A stretch of DNA of 64,000 bases, taken from Nemertoderma westbladi. Its lineage: Eukaryota > Animalia > Xenacoelomorpha. Position numbers and translations under genes: made by a program. Where the stretch lies: positions 1 through 64,000 of the forward strand of contig JAUCBJ010004813.1 in assembly GCA_032718475.1 (NCBI GenBank), given 5' to 3'. Below the pieces are notes generated by a model. It made no database searches, was not told the origin of the DNA, and saw only the letters and a list, made by a program, of their open reading frames with translations. Below, one piece after another: positions 62,568-64,000 of the stretch; positions within the stretch are counted from its first letter, which is position 1; every line of letters begins with the position of its first letter.

Positions 62568-63337
62568 GGATAGATCTTTTTACAGAACACAAGCGAACAC
62601 AGTAGAACACACCTGAACACGGTCCAAAAACTGCAGAACACAATCGAACACAGTCGAAAATAGAAAGAGCATAAAAAATAACACCGGGTACCGGTACCAA
62701 CTTTTAGATAAAATTAGCCAGGCTTGGCTTTTCTATAAGTAAATTCCCGAAATTATTGAACAAAATTGTCGCGAAATTAAATATTCATTTCTTATCAGAT
62801 CAGGCCTAGCCTAAGCCTACATCTCAACTAATAATTTAACATACTGTAGTAGTAGGCCTAAGTTAAGTGTGGTTAGCACTGGGTTGTACCGACGTATTGT
62901 ACCGTACGTCATGTACAGTACGTACGGTAACGGGCCTAACTTCTTATTTCATATCCTCAGCAATCAGTCGCAACTCAAGCTATTGCAGTACACAGGCAAA
63001 CAGGCCTATTAGCTAACCCGCTATTACTATATATGTGACAGGTACGGTACCCGGTAGGCTTCCCTACATAGTTTGTTATACAGTACAGCAGTACAGAACA
63101 AATGATAGGCCTTCCTGATAAGAAATGAATATTTAATTTCGCGACAATTTTATTCAATAATTTCGGGAATTTACTTATAGAAAAGCAACGCGAGGCGAAT
63201 TTTTACATAAAAGTTGGTACCTGGTGATATTTTTTGTGCTCTTTCTATCTTCGACTGTGTTCGATTGTGTTCGGCAGTTGGATTGTGTTCGGGTGTGTTC
63301 TTGTGTGTTCGCTTGTGTTCTGTAAAAAGATCTATCC
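62568..63337. mobile_element. Mutator-like (MULE) foldback MITE
   Basis: ~230-bp TIRs (ggatagatctttttacagaacac... / ...gtgttctgtaaaaagatctatcc); 9-bp TSD cgtttattt/cgtgtattt with one mismatch. Confidence 0.85.
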
Positions 63338-63399
63338 CGTGTATTTAGATAGAAGAACCTCAACTGGGATAATCATAACAGACATAATAACTTCATATC

Positions 63400-63772
63400 A
63401 ATTTCTGATATATTAAGACACTTTGAAAAAATGCATGAAGATCACTGTATAACATTGGAGGTGTCTCATTGGTTCCCCCAAGCTTGACACTAGAACAAAA
63501 TCGCCTCCGCTTTGCAGGACATTGCTTTCGCCGTGAGGACCAGCCAGTGCATAATCTTGTACTTTGGCAGCCTCATGGAGTGAATAAGCATGGTGGACAG
63601 CCCATGACTTTCTTGAGACGCATCTTAAAGGACACTGGCCTTGAAGATGCGGATGATCTAGCAAATGTCATGGGTGATAGGGAGTTGTGGCGGTGCAATT
63701 TTGTTGACAAGCCGGCACAGCATTCTTAAAAATGCAGCTGCAATGCAGCATGCCGATCCTAGTAGTAGTAGT
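63400..63772 (+). pseudogene. 3' fragment of an RTE-like LINE
   Basis: RLRFAGHCFRR..PVHNLVLWQP...DRELWR C-terminal motif; (tag)n tail at ~63760. Confidence 0.75.
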
Positions 63773-64000
63773 TTAATTACCTATAAACATTAAACGCTAC
63801 CGATTTCAATGCTAGCTAGCGATTTTGCAAGTTAGCTAATTATTTTTTGAAAAAGCAACTTCAAGAACAAGCTACTACAAAAAAATAGCGTTTATGGGTA
63901 CACATACTATCTAATATTTTTTTACTAGCTATTTTTAAGCAGTTTTTTTTTGCATATGACAATGTTCTAGAACATATCCCGCGGCAAAAAAATATATTAA

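Overview
AT-rich animal-type genomic DNA dominated by transposable elements. One host gene is visible: the last two large coding exons (16041-17258, 27758-30619) of an RS/Lys-rich protein ending in the PHRF1/SCAF1/SCAF11-type CTD-binding domain. Its 10.5-kb intron is almost entirely a ~315-copy 32-bp satellite in which most units carry a consensus 5' splice site (GAG|GTAAGT), and the first unit is the real donor. Upstream lie a Tc1/mariner-type MITE, a young Gypsy element (matching LTRs, -1 frameshift signal, deleted integrase core), a pogo transposase relic, and a near full-length L2 LINE interrupted by a hAT MITE. Downstream is a very young 17.5-kb BEL/Pao element inserted into an older antisense relative. 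It has 1.18-kb LTRs, a 2717-aa polyprotein, an extra 591-aa zinc-knuckle ORF and a cluster of phase-0 splice donors in gag. It has no tRNA primer-binding site; the 12 nt next to its 5' LTR are instead perfectly complementary to a segment inside its own LTR, the Tf1-like self-priming geometry. A second, pol-less LTR element nearby shows the same geometry. All calls are by eye, with no database searches.
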